The position numbers and the translations under genes are program-made. From NCBI GenBank assembly GCA_963848135.1, contig CAWKCK010000001.1, forward strand, positions 62,001-126,000: 64,000 nucleotides of DNA. Reading direction: 5' to 3'. Shown piece by piece: positions 60,141-64,000 of this stretch (positions within the stretch are counted from its first letter, which is position 1; each line of letters starts with the position of its first letter). The notes below the pieces were generated by a model. The model was not told the DNA's origin and searched no databases. It was given only the letters and a program-made list of their open reading frames with translations. This DNA comes from an uncultured delta proteobacterium. GTDB lineage: Bacteria; Desulfobacterota; Desulfobacteria; Desulfobacterales; SG8-13.

Positions 60141-60169
60141 CAGCAAACCAAAATAAAAATGGTGTCCAT

Positions 60170-60767
60170 ATGAAATTAGATATTAAACGAATGACAGTTT
60201 TGTTGGTACTTATGGTTCTTATCTCGCCGGCGCATGCCGCTGGCCCCGAATGGAAACTCGATCCCTCTCACTCTGGGATCTTTTTCGAGATTGATCATAT
60301 CTACTCTGCCACACGGGGTTATTTCGAGAAGTTCAACGGTAAGGTAATTTTCACCCCCGACAACCTGGGCGGAAGCAGTTTTGACTTTAAGGTTGAGGTG
60401 AAAAGTATCAATACCGGGAACAGCAAGCGCGACGGCCATCTCCAAACCGAGGAATTTTTTGACGCCAAGAAATTTCCGGCTATGACCTTTAAAAGTGTCG
60501 CCGTCAAAAAGGTTGAGGGTGATCAATACATGCGTCGAGGGCACAATGACCATCAAGGACGTCAGCAAGAACCTTTCGGTTCCGTTTACCTTCTACGGGG
60601 TAAAGCCCCATCCATTCGATGAAAAAAGCGAAGTGGCCGGTTTCGAAGCCCGCATGACCATCGACCGACTGGAGTACAACGTCGGTAGCGGCAAATACTA
60701 CGAAATGGGAGTGGTGGGCAAAGACGTGGATGTTCTCATTTCGTTCGAAGCGACCCGAAAAAAATGA
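60170..60767 (+). CDS. YceI-family periplasmic protein (apparent +1 frameshift near 60532)
   Basis: Signal peptide, WKLDPSHS, SINTGNSKRDGHL, FPAMTFKS; continues VEGTMTIKDV...IDRLEY in the shifted frame. Confidence 0.88.
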
Positions 60768-60818
60768 TCATTGTGCCTTGATCTAGTGATCCAGAAGGTT
60801 ACCCACCACCGATCGCGG

Positions 60819-60976
60819 GTAAGCATTCACAGGGCACCGCATCTGCTTTGTTGTCGGGCACTTGAAGTACAAAAGTACGTCTGCGCGCCCGACGCCTTGC
60901 ATCTGCGGCACCCTGTAAACGCTTACTATTCTGCGGTCTTAAGCACATTCGATGTTGCAACCCTGTGAACCGATAC
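60819..60976. mobile_element. MITE (IS66-like ends), copy 2
   Basis: Ends GTAAGCATTCACAGGG and CCCTGTGAACCGATAC; flanked by GATCGCGG and AATCGCGG (7/8 match). Confidence 0.85.
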
Positions 60977-61215
60977 AATCGCGGTGGTGGGTACGGAATG
61001 ATCACTTCATCATGAAATCCATAGATAACTGGTGGACAGCCTTAATATAACGGGGTAGTTTTTACAAGAAACGTCTTTGAAAATCGAAGGTAAGGCCCCG
61101 TCGGGATTGTCGACAACCTGGTCGATTCTCACTTTACCTCACCGGAGGTGCTTACGAGGATCTGATTGTCAAATCATCAAATTATTTTCGCGGCCGTATA
61201 ACCAACTTGACAGCT

Positions 61216-61536
61216 TCAATCGACATACACGACCACATATTGGTTATTGTAAGGTTGGTAATACGTTCCTCCACATTGGTGCAGTGTCGTCCCTTCGATG
61301 ACCACGGTCGTGCAACCCATTGGCAGCGTCGCCATGTATATCGTCGATCGACGGATAGTCCGCCGCGTCGTCCGGCGGGCCACACCGGCGACACTTCCGG
61401 GTGTCGCCGGCCTGCCGATTCGTGCTTCAGCGTCGCTGAGTGTTCTCAAGCCGGGCAGGGGGGCATCGACCACGAGGCCAACCCCAATCACACAACAGAC
61501 CAGCAAAATATTTCGCATCTTCGTATGAATTTTCAT
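61216..61536 (-). CDS. Small exported basic hypothetical protein
   Basis: GGAGG RBS; AEARIGRPATPGSVAGVARRTTRR; two Cys; start overlaps the upstream stop. Confidence 0.7.
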   Translation of the reverse strand: MKIHTKMRNILLVCCVIGVGLVVDAPLPGLRTLSDAEARIGRPATPGSVAGVARRTTRRTIRRSTIYMATLPMGCTTVVIEGTTLHQCGGTYYQPYNNQYVVVYVD

Positions 61537-62405
61537 TAGTTACCCTCCTTTATTTCAAGCTCTCCGTTTTCACCGACATGCACAGCTTCAAGCTTTTTCG
61601 CCCCTTTCGGTACCTTGAAATCGAATTGACCGGGTTTGATCTTGGGTGCCGTATTCCATTCATGGAACCGAATGGCATATTGCGGTGCGCCGGTCATCCA
61701 CTTAGTGGTGATGATGTATTTCATCGGCAGGGGATCGCCCTCGGCGTTGATCCACAGTTGCCAGTCCACCTGAGCTTCTCGAAATGTCAGGTAGTGGCAT
61801 TCCACGCCGTTGACATACGCCGTGCCCAGATAGGCACTGCTCACGACGCCCTCGGACAGTCTCGTAAAAGCGTCTGTATTGAGAAGATCGGCACCCGGCG
61901 TATCCAGCCCGATCGCATGGTGCAGGTTTTCAATGGCCGTGTCAGTGGTGCCGGGGCTATCCATCTGATAATAAACGTTGAGGTTCCGGCCGTAAATCGT
62001 CAAAAGCTTGCCGTCAAAGATGAGTTCCACATCCGCGATGGCGCCTTGTCGATTGATATAGAGATTGCCGGGGCGCTTCAATATAATGTCTGCTGAACTG
62101 CTGAACTGAAGTTTCTGACCCTCCAGATCGATAATCTCTTTGTCAATGTCTGCTTTCGCACTAAATGAGGACAAATTACCCATAAAGACAGACATCGACC
62201 GCAGGATCTTGCCGGCCTCCGGGTCCATGAGATCGGCGCCCATTGCCTGTCCGGATAAAAAGCCAATCAGCACAATTCCTGCGAGCAGGACACGCAAACT
62301 GATGACCTGCCTGAATAATGTGCTACGCGCGAAGACAGGTACCTTTACTATTCCCTGCGGATTTATTCGAAATAACTGCCTGCTCTGCATTTTTCTTTGA
62401 CTCAT
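61536..62405 (-). CDS. DUF2092-family periplasmic protein
   Basis: GQKLQF, FDGKLLT, PGADLL, VDWQLWI...PLPMKYIIT. Start uncertain. Confidence 0.82.
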   Translation of the reverse strand: MSQRKMQSRQLFRINPQGIVKVPVFARSTLFRQVISLRVLLAGIVLIGFLSGQAMGADLMDPEAGKILRSMSVFMGNLSSFSAKADIDKEIIDLEGQKLQFSSSADIILKRPGNLYINRQGAIADVELIFDGKLLTIYGRNLNVYYQMDSPGTTDTAIENLHHAIGLDTPGADLLNTDAFTRLSEGVVSSAYLGTAYVNGVECHYLTFREAQVDWQLWINAEGDPLPMKYIITTKWMTGAPQYAIRFHEWNTAPKIKPGQFDFKVPKGAKKLEAVHVGENGELEIKEGN

Positions 62406-62834
62406 GAATAACCCCCTTTTCGATGATCTCATCCAAGATTTTTTTCTGACGTCAATGCATCGTTGGAACGTTTGAGTTCGGCTATCTCGCGTTTCAATTT
62501 GGCAACCGTTGTATTCAACGATTCAATTTCAGTGTTCATAGGCATTGGTGACACCTTAAAGAGTTAATCAATTGAGAAATCGCCGGGATAGATTCAACCA
62601 TACTGATTATAGTCGCCAATTTCAATAATGGGAATTTTTTTCACTGGTGGAACCGATGCATGGGCCATGCTGACCGAAATGTACTGGAATCAGTGCAAAA
62701 TGAGGTCGTAGTGATGTGCTTGTCAATTTTGCGAAGGATGTGCTATCACCGGATTCGTAGACACTGACTTTCAATATAGTTCATCCCCAATCGCGGCTGA
62801 ATATTGGCCACATTAAGGAGAGCAGTTTTAACTG

Positions 62835-64000
62835 ATGAAAAAAACGACCCTATATCTGTGGTTCATCCCTTTGGCTGTATTTTTTGCCGCGTTTCCAGCC
62901 ATGGCAGACTGGATCAACCTTTCTGGGGCCCAGAGTGCTGCCAATATTACGGAGATTTATGTCGAAGACGACCATGTGCGGGTGGTCTTGGAGGTTTATG
63001 TTAACGACATCGACAAGTTTATCGATCTCTTGCCGGACGAATGGCTTCAGCAGTCGAAGGTGAAGCCGCCCCCGATCCAGGAGCGGATGCGGCGGTTTTC
63101 CACTGACGGATTTCAAGTCATCCTCGGCGATCAACAGCGGTTGATGGCCGAAATGAAGCTGGTGGAGCCGCGCCTGCGCACAGATCGCCCCAATCCCTTT
63201 GCCGGCTCTATCAATCCTTACACCCGGCAGCCGATTCCCGGCCCACCCGAAGACAAACGCGTTCTCTACGTCGAACTGGTGTATCCGTTCGAGACCAAGC
63301 CCCGGGAAATCACTTTTGTCCCGCCCCTTGAACCCGGCGGAAAATCCGCCGTTCCCATCGGTTTTATCGCCTACCATAAAGGTGTCCCCATTGTCGACTA
63401 CCGATACCTTTCAGAACCGGCCAAACTGCACCTTGACTGGCAGGATCCCTGGTACAGCCGGTTCGAAAAAAAGGCCTTCCAACGCTGGCAGCAATCCGGG
63501 GTCATGACCTTTCTGTACATCGAACCTTTCGAAGTGCGGCATGAAACCCTTGTGCGGGTCAAGGACGTTGCGGCCTGGATCGATCTGGGTCTGCGCGGTG
63601 AGGAATATATCGAAACAGACGAATTCGAACCGCTCAAAAAGAGAATCGGGGATTTTCTATTGCAGCACAGCAATGTGTTGATCGACGGGCAGTCACTGCG
63701 GCCAATTTTGGATCGTACCAGTTTCGTCAAATACACGATGACTCGGACATTTTTCATCGATCAACCTGAGCGGATGCCCCTTAATACTGCCATGGTCGGC
63801 GTGATTGTCACCTACCTGACAAAAGAAATTCCTCAAAAAGTGACGGTGAACTGGGATTTATTTTCAGATAAGGTCCAAAAAGTGCCGACAAATGCCGTTG
63901 ACCCGGCCGGGCCGTTTCCCTCCTATGTCACCCCCGAAGACAACCTGTTCGTTTGGAACAATTTCCTGAAGACCTATCAGATGCCTACAGTGGCCGCGGT
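62835..64000 (+). CDS. Exported hypothetical protein, 3'-partial (absent from the ORF track because it has no stop)
   Basis: AAGGAG upstream; MKKTTLYLWFIPLAVFFAAFPAMA-DWINLSGAQSAANITEIY; frame appears open to the window end. Confidence 0.8.
   Translation, partial: MKKTTLYLWFIPLAVFFAAFPAMADWINLSGAQSAANITEIYVEDDHVRVVLEVYVNDIDKFIDLLPDEWLQQSKVKPPPIQERMRRFSTDGFQVILGDQQRLMAEMKLVEPRLRTDRPNPFAGSINPYTRQPIPGPPEDKRVLYVELVYPFETKPREITFVPPLEPGGKSAVPIGFIAYHKGVPIVDYRYLSEPAKLHLDWQDPWYSRFEKKAFQRWQQSGVMTFLYIEPFEVRHETLVRVKDVAAWIDLGLRGEEYIETDEFEPLKKRIGDFLLQHSNVLIDGQSLRPILDRTSFVKYTMTRTFFIDQPERMPLNTAMVGVIVTYLTKEIPQKVTVNWDLFSDKVQKVPTNAVDPAGPFPSYVTPEDNLFVWNNFLKTYQMPTVAA

Noticed and set aside
62429..62545. 38-aa coiled-coil-like ORF upstream of the DUF2092 gene
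   Set aside because: Could be a small protein or a sensor-gene remnant, but is too short to support without homology data.
1..64000. CRISPR arrays, rRNA, tRNA, prophage, integrase or transposase genes
   Set aside because: None recognised by eye; a tRNAscan/Rfam run would be needed to exclude small RNAs.

Overview
A 64-kb bacterial chromosomal segment. Gene content and repeat style suggest a Desulfobacterota (Desulfobacterales-like) organism; this is inference. In order: (1) a partial Lon-like protease, an iron-sulfur flavoprotein, an MtaA-type methyltransferase and azlCD with an Lrp regulator. (2) An AT-richer accessory patch (~5.8-18 kb) with two isolated attC-like sites, an NhaP antiporter, two exported proteins downstream of a c-di-GMP-I-like riboswitch candidate, and a Ni-superoxide dismutase. 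(3) A sucrose cluster: amylosucrase, fructokinase, SPS-SPP and sucrose synthase. (4) sucAB-lpdA, cydABX plus cydDC, kdsC and cysE-cysK. (5) A NapC/NirT tetraheme cytochrome with an octaheme HAO-family cytochrome. (6) The most interesting block, a sigma-54-controlled sulfur module: a PAS-type activator, DsrE/F/H-like genes, a cytochrome-c-like protein lacking CxxCH, a triple-rhodanese lipoprotein, an octaheme tetrathionate-reductase-family protein and a cytochrome b. Two -24/-12 promoters there each have the same upstream GTTAAC-N4-GTTAAC site. Two copies of an IS66-like MITE with 8-bp target duplications are present. Seven apparent single-base insertions split six genes and are most likely sequencing errors. 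No rRNA, tRNA, CRISPR array, integrase or intact transposase was recognised. All protein calls come from motif recognition, not database searches.
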